Assembly: GCF_037042905.1 (NCBI RefSeq)
Contig: NC_087261.1
Coordinates: 19,840,001-19,904,000, forward strand
Length of the DNA stretch: 64,000 bases
Reading direction: 5' to 3'
Source: Lytechinus pictus
Lineage: Eukaryota
The position numbers and the translations under genes are program-made. Shown here piece after piece: positions 40,436 to 51,218 of this stretch (the stretch's first letter is position 1; the number at the start of each line of letters is the position of its first letter). Under the pieces are notes generated by a model. The model did not search any database. It was not told where the DNA came from and was given only the letters and a program-made list of their open reading frames with translations.

Positions 40436-42744
40436 CTAATTTTCATTCTCATTTTCGTCCAAACCAGATATCAAAAACCCTCGTGTGACCTTGCCGTCTG
40501 GATCGACGGTGTTCATTAGGTTAAATAACTCGCTGGTTTTTATCCACTCGCTCTGTCCTTCATACCACACATCCAACAAAAGAAAGCGGTCAGTGTCGCG
40601 GTGGTAAGCGGCCAGCGGGCTGAAATGTCCTACCTGAATAGGTCCTGAATCGGTCGTGAAAGTCTGAGGGTATAAGTAGTTGACCATCACTCCTTGCGAA
40701 GAATCGCCGTGCGACAGCGCCTGGATTGCCCTTGACCGGAATGTATCGACATCGATAACCTTGGCATAGAACTTAGTCGTTGGAACGCCATGCGCCTGCA
40801 ACAAGCACTGGATTTCGTAAAGCGTGGCGCCTCTTTTTAGAACTTCTTCGCAGTTTACGATATTTGTCGTCTCTTTGAATGAAAACATGTTCGTATCTCT
40901 GTAAGGAACTTCGGTGACGTCACATGTGGAATGGTTGGCTGGATTTGGAAACTTTATCCCGAAGTATCTCGCGCTCATGAGGAGGGCGGCGGATTGGATG
41001 CCGCAAAAGCCCATTTTCTCCTGAAAGCTGAAGATCCTGATGAGGAGTGTCTGCCGGAACGCGGCGTCTTCTAGCAAACCTTCTCCCTCTGGAGATTTTA
41101 GAGGAACTTTACCTGGGCTCCACCAGTCTCTGTTTGGAAAGATGAATAATTTGACAAAATTCACAAAGGTACTTTCATAAATTATCTACAACGTGCTCTC
41201 GTCTTAACCCACATTACCTCGATTGTCTCAAGTAGCCATATTACATTATCCGAGTTTCCTTGCTGGAGGGGGCTGGAGGCAGAGATTAGATACTATGCTC
41301 GGCCAGTAAATGTGATAAACCATTATATTAGTCTCTGTCTGGTACTATCATTATTTCAAGCATTCTTTTTATTGTGACAATCCTTCTGAATAGGGTTTGT
41401 CAGTAGTTGTTGGGAAGAGTATATTTTTGCCTATATTATGACACATTTTCAAAATATAATTTTTTTTATTGCGTAAACAAAATTATTGCCAAAAGTATAA
41501 AAAGAAAATGATTCTTTAAAAAGAATCATATCAATATTACAAACATGACGAAGGTCGTGCTATTACGAGCCCAGAGATCCGATTATAACACTGGTTCAAG
41601 ACATTTAGCATATTTCGCATTTATGGATCGCGTAAACATCATTAATACTTCTACGATGATATTCTTTCTGTCTCTTTAAGGTTAGATTACATGTTCGACC
41701 GACAACCATGGTGATGGCTTTCTAAAATCACCAATTATCATAGTGCGCTATAAAAAAAAGTGGTTATGTAAAATGTGACTGTTCACTAACATATTCACTT
41801 CATAAAAAAACATGCAGCATACAAGATGTTTTCTATCTCATTGTTAATAATATATCGCATTCGTGCATTGCTCTCAACAGACTATTCAATTATTGTTCAC
41901 TGTTTCATTGTAAGTCATTTTTTTACGAAATGTCCCTGAAGAATATGACCATAAGGCACGAGAACGAAAAGTGATTTACCTCCATGGAAAACATTACGAT
42001 CATATATAAATCATGCTGCCATCATTACCTTCATTAAGATCTATATAGCAGTATAACTGCACTAATTGAGCAGCCATGCATGCAACGTAAATCGATGCAA
42101 ACGCCACTGACTGAATTGAACCACACAGTAAGTTTACTAATTGCTATCAGGGTATACCATGGTATACGATGATGACACCTGTATGATACCCATACATGTT
42201 CTTATTATGTTATGTTCGCCACTGTTGTACCATAGTAAGATCCATGATCATTTTGACTATATAGAGCTAAGGTTAGCCCCATAATGGACACACCAATTGT
42301 ATGACAAAAATCTGGAAATGGCTCCTTTCACCGGCGCCTGGGGTTAGATGCTAGAAGGACTCGACCCCCCCCCCCCCCAATCCCGGTACTGGTTTTCCAA
42401 GACATGTCTACACGCCATTAACCATGTTAACATCTTCGGGACTAACGACCTAGGGGGGGCTGAGAATGGCTTCTCAATTGTAATGTCATGGATTGATAAT
42501 AAGATTACAAATTGCACAAAGAGCTATTGGTTAAAAAAAGATACGGATTCCGATCTGGAAGATCAACATTCATCCGTTTCTGCGTAAACAACACCACTGA
42601 CTATCATAAAAGACGTATGAACACATAGATATGTTAATTGAAGATCTACAAATAAAATATATGATCTAAAAATATCAGATGATGTCATTTTCTTTCCAGC
42701 TTATTACTAAATGCTTACCTGATATAGGTCAAAGCGTTTCCCAT
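40436..42744 (-). CDS. PCS: Phytochelatin synthase family (glutathione gamma-glutamylcysteinyltransferase-like), catalytic domain only, 239 aa
   Basis: Exon 1 42744-42719 (ATG GGA AAC GCT TTG ACC TAT ATC AG|gtaagc) splices in phase 2 to exon 2 41129-40436 (tttccaaacag|A GAC TGG); total 720 nt. PCS-family motifs FQEKMGFCG (oxyanion Gln + catalytic Cys), VMVNY, GHFSPLAAYH (His), FLLLDV (Asp), MNTVD..TRGF. Confidence 0.9.
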
Positions 42745-43920
42745 ACCGATCCTCGTTGATGATCACATAAGAAGCAAGTTTGTATAACAGTGTAGAATGT
42801 AAAATATTGCTCCTCGACGTCTATATACATTAACTACAGGCATATGTCACACGTCTGTTGTGTATTTCTTGCAACAGTTAAAATCATGAAGTATGACATT
42901 ATCAAATGCTTCACGTTTGATGGTAAAACAGAGCTGAGTTGCAAGCTTAAGAGAGAGTAAGATAAAAGCCGAGTTTATAATGGTGTATCAACATTCGATG
43001 GGTGATCACCTGTATGTGTATACAAGAACATATCGAGTACAAAGTCCAAACGATTCAATAAATTAAATTGCCTATTACTTCTGAACGTCTTTTACAGGGT
43101 TCAAAGACTCTATAGAATATTTCATTATGATCACGTGTCAGTAGGGGCGGCACCATGGTATTTTCTGTCGGGAGTGCAAGACGAAGCAAAAGTGACGTCA
43201 TTCTTTAGCACTACAATGGTCTCATTTTTTTTCATTCATTTCAAATAAACATTTATTTTCCTCCATTTTACAAAATTTCTTCATTTTTGTTAACAAGAAT
43301 TAATATGAAATCAATTACCATAAAAAATATGAATATATACAACTTATGTGTACAGAAGAGAGCGTAGGTCCCTAGAAAATACAATACAAAGATAAGAAGG
43401 GCTAAAAAAAGAAAAGAGAAGAAGGGAAGAAAACGAGAGAGGGAGAAGTGAGCAGGAAGGTGGGCATGAGTAAATTACCGAGTACCGAGCAAATAGAGCG
43501 TACAACAATGTATGATGGAGAAGAGAGAGGGAGAGATAAAACAAATAATGCCGCAGCAACAGCTGCACATTATTAATGTCATCATGTTAACTTAAGATCA
43601 AAAGGAATATAAGGTATGAGGATATTCATGCATAGGATGATAAAATCTTTTTTTTATCTTAAATTTTAAGCTAGTTGCTGACAAGGATTTTTTTATGTAG
43701 TCCGGAAGATCATTCCATATTTTCGGGCCAGAATAACGGATGTTGTGTTGAAAGATAATCTTCCTATGTTTAGGAATATATATTTGGTTATTTGTTCGGG
43801 TATCAAAATGATGTATATTTGATACATGCGTAAAGAATTAATAATGACATGATCCAGATTTGACTATTTTACACTCGTATATTTTTTTCTAAATCATTTT
43901 TCTCTCTTTGTTGGAACTAT

Positions 43921-43960
<40 letters not shown>

Positions 43961-46450
43961 ATATATATGAGACGGGGTCAGAACAACTACACCATGCCGC
44001 TGCCTCCAAACATTTTACAGTCCTTTAAGTTTAACGTGAGGACTTCACCTACTCTTTCTCTTCTTCGTCGTTCCATGATCCAACTCAATCTCTTTCATTT
44101 TCATTTCTTAATCATCTTCTCTTCATTCTGCCATATGTGGTTTACTATAGACGTACTATCAAATCCTTGGTTCCACCATCAAAACATTCATTTTCAGGAC
44201 CGTACACCACCTCCGCGTTAAAAACAGATTGTTTAGACGGGCATTTTTGCGTTACAACATGTTTATTTGAAATATACTTGCATCTTTATTTCGTAATCAG
44301 TCAATGTAAATGACGTTTCTTGTTAGCTTCATTTCATTACATTATTCTAAAAAATTACTGTTATCCTTATTTCTACTGTAGGGATTGAAAATAAACGCCT
44401 TCTTGTAAAGGGAGGCTTAATTGTCGAAGAGAAGAAAGTAATATAAGTTCAAACACATCAGCAAAGATAAGTAGATCATAACGAAGTCGAAGACGGTGAA
44501 TAAAGTAAACGGAGAGTGTGTCTGGATCTTGTCTGTATCTGCATCTGTATGTTATATCCGTCTAATTATACACTTGGCCTCTCTGGTCCACATCAAAATC
44601 GTATCCACAGTAGGCCTAACATAACAATATTTGAATTAACCTAGCTGAAGCTCACCAGTGAAATAAAAGGAAATAGAAAAACCCAACTAAAATGCAATAA
44701 CCCAATTGGTAAGATAAACCAATGAGAAAGAATTAAGATGAGGAGGGGTAAATGACCAGGGTGATTGAATAATGTTCAACAACAACAACAACAACAAACC
44801 AGATGTGAGGATGGAATGAATGAGCACATCTGAAAAGAAAAGGAATGAGGATGACCAGAGAAGGTAGGATATGGACTGATGTGATGAATAAGAACATAAG
44901 TATCTATAGAAAGTTTACTGAAATACATACAGACTGAACTGAGCAGATTTCAAACAGAAACAAATAATGTTCAATTATCCTTTCTACACTAATATTGAAA
45001 CTGCTACCCTTAATTACTCCTACAATCGTTACCACTACAGTAACTATTACTAGTACTGTTATAATAAATATAACTAATATCAGTAATGATAATAATAAAT
45101 AGGGGCCTATTGATAATGTGGGGTTAGAAATAATACAAGTCTTAAGGGGGAATAAAATGTTCAACTGAACATGGGAAAAACACAAGCTCAATCATACACA
45201 TCAAACAGAAGCAAACGGAGAGGAGAAGATGGAACTTAGCTATGAAGACACGGGAACAAAATAATGAACTGAACTCGAATATGTCGATGGAGTCTGGTAG
45301 TGCAGTGCTTTATTTGCTGGGCTTCCTTGCCTCAGTAAAACTCAAAATTGCATTATAAAATTAGTATATATCCAAATTACACAAAATCAACCAATGAAAA
45401 CAAAGAAGTGGAAAAGTCTAATTCATAAAAATAACCAATAAGAGATAGAGGATGGAAATGAATAAGATGTAGGGATGGTTACACAATAAGAATGTTGAAC
45501 TAAAGAATCAGATGTGGGAATGTAATGAATGAACACATCTGAATAGGAAAGGAATGACAGGAGAAGCAGATTGAAAGTCAAATGTAAATGGATGACAACA
45601 GAAGCATCAAGAATATAAACAAAGCTGAACTAAATACCAAAGCTTGAACTGTAAACTATTAAAGGAAACCAAATGTCAAAATAACAGTCCTACAAGAACA
45701 TCAATAATCATAATGCTAATAATATCAACAAGAACAATAATACTGATGCTGCTTCTGTAATTTTGCTAATATAATGTAGTTTACCACGCACGAATGATGT
45801 TATGTAAGATTTGTTCAAATCTTTCTCTTTGATATGATAATCCATTGTTCATTATTTCAGCTAAAAATCGAAATAGATTTAAACTGTTTTTTTTTTCATC
45901 ATTTGACATGCGGAGTGGAACATGTTCTGCTTTCGGTGTTGCGTCAGCCTTGACCTCTTCTTCATGTTTCCTGTATATAGATATAAAAGACGTATGATAA
46001 TCAATATTGATACTGGAAATTAGGAGTCACATCAATGAGACAGAATTAGCGTAGCCAGTGGGCGGTGCAGGTGGTAGCCCTCTCCCCTTCCCACATAAAA
46101 ACAGTTTTTCCCAAAAAATAAATAAATAGAGGGAAAAAATAGAAAATGGAAGAAAAGTAGCTCCGCAGTGGGAGTTGAGAAAAATTATTAAACCCAACTG
46201 GTTGAATATCGGCCCTACCTCATTTCTAAAACATTTTTTAGATTCAAGATTTTTGTATTGGTCAATGAACGCAACGCATACAAAGAAATTTGGTTTCCAA
46301 TGGTTTTAACAATAAGTATACACAAATATGAAAAGTACAATACATCGTAACAATATTGAAATGATTCACATGAACAATCAATATACATGTAAATTATTAA
46401 TAAGAGTCCGCAATTACTTTAATACCCCTAAAATCCACAATGCATGTGGA

Positions 46451-47437
46451 CAGGGGCGTCGATCCATTTTTCAGATTGGGGGGGGGGGCAAAATCATGAA
46501 TCAACTTTCCAAAGGCACTCGATCACACAAAACAAACAAACAAACTCACACAAACATATGCCTATATATATGACTCATGAGATAGAGACACATATCTCAC
46601 CAACAAATTAATGCGAGCGCGAAGCGCGAGCTGAAATTTCTTTATATTCTGACCTGAAAGCTTGATATTCTAAGCATTTTTGGTACTAATGATTAAGATG
46701 GGTATCTAAAAAACAATAGATGCGAGCGCGAAGCGTGAGCTGAAAATTTTGATATTTCGATCTGAAAAAATTTAGTTTAATGGACGTTTTTAATAAAGAA
46801 CAAGATATATATCCAGAAGCGGATCTAGAGGGGGGGTTGGGGGGGGTTGCAACCCCCCCAAAAAAAAATCCGGGGACCATTTTTTTAAATCTTATCTTTT
46901 TTGATGCAAGAAAACGCCATTTTCACACACAGATTTTCAAAAATTTTCCCTACTGTGGGAGGGGGGACACCCCCCTCCCACACCCTCCCCCCTCGCTCGC
47001 TCCGCTCGCTTGGACTCGGTCGCTATGCTCCCTCGCATACCACCCCAACCCCCCCCCCTTTATAAAAAGCTGGATCCGCCCCTGATATCCAACAAAAGAT
47101 TATTGCAAATCGAAGTGGGAGTTCTTTTGAGGTCTAGAACTGAAAACGGGACATTCTATTCACCTATTTAATCATGAAAAGTATGGGTTTTTGCTACAGA
47201 AATGATGCGAGCGCGAAGCGCGAGCTAAAAATGTTTATATTCCAATCTGAAAAGCGGACATTTTGAGCACGATTTTAGATAAAGAACGAGTTGTGTATCT
47301 CAATTTCGCTTGCTGATTTCTGTGTAACATTACAATCTTATTTTATTTTTTACACATGCGGAATTATTGGGGGGGCAAAACGATATGTTTGCCCCCCCCC
47401 CCAATATTTTCATTGGTGGGGCGATCGCCCCCCCCCC

Positions 47438-47468
<31 letters not shown>

Positions 47469-47484
47469 AGGATCGACGCCTCTG
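46451..47484. mobile_element. Non-autonomous hAT element, 8-bp TSD CATGTGGA, with nested hAT-like MITE (46814-47084)
   Basis: catgtgga|CAGGGGCGTCGATCC...GGATCGACGCCTCTG|catgtgga; internal gcgagcgcgaagcgcgag subterminal repeats; inner cagaagcggatc...gatccgcccctg. Confidence 0.85.
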
Positions 47485-48137
47485 CATGTGGATAATGATG
47501 AAAGGTATGTAAAATATGCTGCTATATTATCCCCTATCCTAGTACGGTATGTTGATCGCTAAATTTCAAACACTGTAAAAGTAGAATTTGATAGTATCCG
47601 TATACAATATAACACTTGTACAAGACAATGGTGCACAAAAGTAAGTCATAGAGAGGAGAGGAAAACAGGGGAAGAGAAATAAGATGAAGAAGGAGAAGAA
47701 AAGATCAAAGAGACATGAAATAGGAGGAGGAATAAGGAAAAAGAAAGAAGAAAAAGACATGTTAAATTTGAGTTGAATAGAATCGCTGTACTTGTTTCAT
47801 GACTTGTTTAGGGGTTCAATTCAGGGTATACTTGCCAAGGGTATCGTTTTGTTTCAATACTTGTTGATGAAAATACGCTCCGAAATCTGCCGCGACACCG
47901 GCCGCGATTAGTCTGCAGGCACAGACCCCAGTTATTCGCATATAGTGCATAATGTAGAGTCTGAAGTAGTGAGACTAGATTCACAATGTAATTTAATTGG
48001 CTGTATTTGACACAGACAGAGCCTTTTGCGTCTAGTCTTTCTCTAGACCTGTTATTGGTTAAGGTCGGGGTTAAGGTGCATAAGGTGTCAAATATGAGTC
48101 TGTTTTCTCAGACTAGAACGCGATGGCCATGTACGTC

Positions 48138-48311
48138 GTGCGCATGCGTTGATGTATGTAGGGGAATTTGAAAAAAAAGTAAACAAATTCTACACGCCAC
48201 GGTGATACAAGATATTCCATTTACGGAGAGCATCCGCTGCAGAGCTGAGTTACATCATCCGCTAAGTAAAGGACGTGAGGAAATAGAGCTATTTTTAGAA
48301 TAACATATTTG
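48138..48311 (+). promoter_or_regulatory. Probable promoter / 5'UTR exon of the HNH-like gene, with NRF1-type site
   Basis: GTGCGCATGCGT (NRF1/P3A2-type palindrome) at 48138-48149 in a locally CpG-richer stretch, followed by a strong donor TG|GTGAGT at 48311/48312. Confidence 0.45.
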
Positions 48312-48565
48312 GTGAGTCAACTCATCAGATAAAGTTTAAAAGAAAGATATTCAACTAAAAAGCTGTGAAATTGCACTTGTCTGGGAAAAATTTGGTTGCT
48401 AGTCCCACATGTAAGCTTTTGTGTGGGGTATATATCAATTGGTAAGTGACAAAATATTAACCCATATTATTAACAACAACAACATATTAACCCTAGGCCT
48501 AAAGAGTAAAGTTAGATAAATAAGTATTGTCATTGAGTCTAATGTCATATATTATAGATCGAGAG

Positions 48566-49512
48566 GGCGCTAGTGTAGTTTCGCACCTCCCCGTTTAATG
48601 GTTTTCAAACATGTACAATCTCACCCTAAATAATTCACAACCTAAAATACTTGCATCTGAGCCTCCAAAGTCCAGTAGAAGTTGAATATTTGCCGTTTTG
48701 ACACTTTTTTACAAAGTTTTACACCTATTTCGGAATCACTCGGTCGCTTGATCAAGCTCAGCGCTGCACGCACATAAGCAGTCGGTACGCGTACAGTACG
48801 TACCACCTAGTGAAGTGCAAGAAGAGCGAGTTTTTCTATGGTATCTTCAAAAAGATTTTTTCCCCTCTTTCAGCTTGCACCAAGTATTACGGTAGTGGTT
48901 TTTCACATTTCTTATTTCATTCAAACAAGCACACACACGCACACCCCACACACACCTTCACAGTGATTCACACAACAAACATCAACCACTCTGCACAACC
49001 ACTACCGTAATACTTGGTGCAAGCTGAAAGAGGGGGAAAAAATCTTTTTGAAGATACCATAGAAAAACTCGCTCTTCTTGCACTAACTGGGCGTTGTGGC
49101 GTGCGCCTGTAATCCAAGCTGTGGGGAAGTTACAAATTGATGCAGAGGTTCGAGCCCCGGTCACGTCTTTCGGATGGTGACGTTAAAGGTCGGTCCCAGA
49201 CGTAAATAATCATATCTGATTGATACACGTCTGACAAAACTCAAATACACACACACACACACACTTCACTAGGTGGTACGTACTGTACGCGTACCGACTG
49301 CTTATGTGCGTGCAGCGCTGAGCTTCAAGCGACCGAGTGATTCCGAAATAGGTGTAAAACTTTGTTAAAAAAAGTGTCAAAACGGCAAATATTCAACTTC
49401 TACTGGACTTTGGAGGCTCAGATGCAAGTATTTTAGGTTGTGAATTATTTAGGGTGAGATTGTACATGTTTAAAAACCATTAAACGGGGAGGTGCGAAAC
49501 TACACTAGCGCC
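48566..49512. mobile_element. Foldback MITE, GG...CC termini, 8-bp TSD ATCGAGAG (Merlin/hAT/MULE-like)
   Basis: atcgagag|GGCGCTAGTGTAGTTTCGC...GCGAAACTACACTAGCGCC|atcgagag. Arms 48566-48900 and 48997-49512 are near-identical apart from the SINE inserted in the right arm. Confidence 0.9.
49085..49261 (+). mobile_element. Candidate 7SL-RNA-derived chimeric SINE (Alu-domain head + B box + Deu/Nin-like core + stem-loop + (CA)n tail)
   Basis: Head ACTGGGCGTTGTGGCGTGCGCCTGTAATCCAAGCT matches the 5' end of vertebrate 7SL, as I recall it, at 27/35 positions by hand. B box GGTTCGAGCCC at 49147-49157. Core CGTCTTTCGGATGGTGACGTTAAA. The empty site is present in the left MITE arm. Confidence 0.75.
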
Positions 49513-50404
49513 ATCGAGAGTAACAACTAACATCACATGCCCAAGATTCGACATTAAGTAGTCATTACTCAGACATTAGGCCTAATCATGTTATATTATA
49601 ATAGTAATTATTAATATTAGTAGCTTTCCTGCAAAAGTGCAATATTTTTTGGTTCTAAAATTAATTGCACAATCAGACATTGTTTGTTCACTTTCAAATT
49701 CCATCTCATCTCAATAAAAGGTATCGCCATATTTCACGGCCGAGGCCCAAGATTCGACATCCCTGCCCTCCCGCATTGCGATCGGGTTAATTACACTACC
49801 GGTATTTGCATTGACATAGAATCACGTTTTTGAGCAATTTTGGATGCACTTACAAAATGTTGCATAATTTCAAAACTGTGCACCCGGGCATCGCAAAGTT
49901 ATCTCAGAAGATGCGCAAAGCTTGAAAGTAAAAAGTCACCGAGCGGCGAGATTAAAAAAATTATTGTGGTCACGTAGTGACATAATTCATTTAGGGGGGG
50001 TCACATTGACCGCATCCCAAATTAGTGAGGGTTGAATTTTAGCTACAAAGACAACATTTATAGATCTTTTTATTGTTAAAAATGAATTCCTTGTCCAAAA
50101 TAACAAGTTGACACAAAAATCATTAAAATAACTTAGACTTATGCAGAAGCCAAGATATACAATTTTGATGAAAATGGGTTAGGGTCAATAACCTTTTTGC
50201 CCCAAATCGTTTTTTGGGGCGGCACCCCCTCAATGTTTGACTGATTTTTCTGAAAAGGTGTCAAAATACTCAGGAGCACAAGCTACAGTAGGCTAGGCAA
50301 TGGCACTAGATTTGTGCTGTAGTCATGTGTCCAAAAAGTCAATAACAAGTTAGATGAGTTGGCCTCAAATTTTCTTTCTACATTTTGAGTGAACAATGTA
50401 GTTA

Positions 50405-50587
50405 AAATAATTGCTAGAGGGTATTCATTTGTCTCACAATCTACTATGGTCAACAAGGAAATTGCAGCGGCACTCGAAAGCTCGTGAACTTGTAAGCTAG
50501 TGAACACTTTTTGCGAGAGTGATCACGAATTTCCTTGTTGACCATCGTAGATTGCGAGACAAATGAATACCCTCTAGCGATTATTTC
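50405..50587. mobile_element. Small palindromic MITE
   Basis: aaataattgctagagggtattcatttgtctc... / ...gagacaaatgaataccctctagcgattattt. Confidence 0.7.
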
Positions 50588-51218
50588 AGTCCGCAATAAT
50601 GAACCTATTTAGTAATGTAGTTAAACTTAGCAACATCTTCACATTTTCTAGCAGCCAAGTTGATTATCTATTGATGTGACATGTTTCCACGGCTCCTCTA
50701 AGAGACTCACACAGTCCTAGGTCAGCATAAAAACTTTAAAATGCCTATTTTTAGCCACTAGCCCACACAGTATAGCATATAGGGATGGACCAATATGCAT
50801 ACATGATTTTATGGAGTATTTAAGCCTTATTTTTCATTTCTTAATGAATTTTGAGGTAAGTTTTGAGCAATGTCTGTGATAATATTAATGCTAATAAATT
50901 AAGGAAATGCTTTTTAGTAGAAATGCTGTTTCGTTTTTTGTTTGTTTGTTTTTTGTCCTACCTACACAAGCTGCATCTTTTGAGCTGGTCCTCTCTGTGA
51001 TTTGAAACATTGACATTTTTTCACCCTGTATAGCCCACCACTATTCAAATGCAGCAACTTTAACTTTATCATCACATCTGAACAAGTTCCTATTTATGAA
51101 TTCAAGAATCTTGCTTGCATCTCTTACAATGTAACTGACAGTGGGTCCAGGACATATCACTGGATAGATCAAAATCTCACATTCTCATTCATTTTTCCCC
51201 CTCTCCCCCTTAAGCAAA

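Noticed and set aside
44400-45720. A-rich region with an internal ~150-bp diverged direct duplication (about 44690-44850 vs 45430-45570)
   Set aside because: Probably a decayed retroelement UTR; no termini, TSD or coding signal found to support a call.
49085-49261. Functional SRP (7SL) RNA gene or human Alu contamination
   Set aside because: It lacks the S domain and the oligo-T terminator, has a Deu/Nin-like body and a (CA)n tail unlike Alu/B1, and is embedded in a host MITE.
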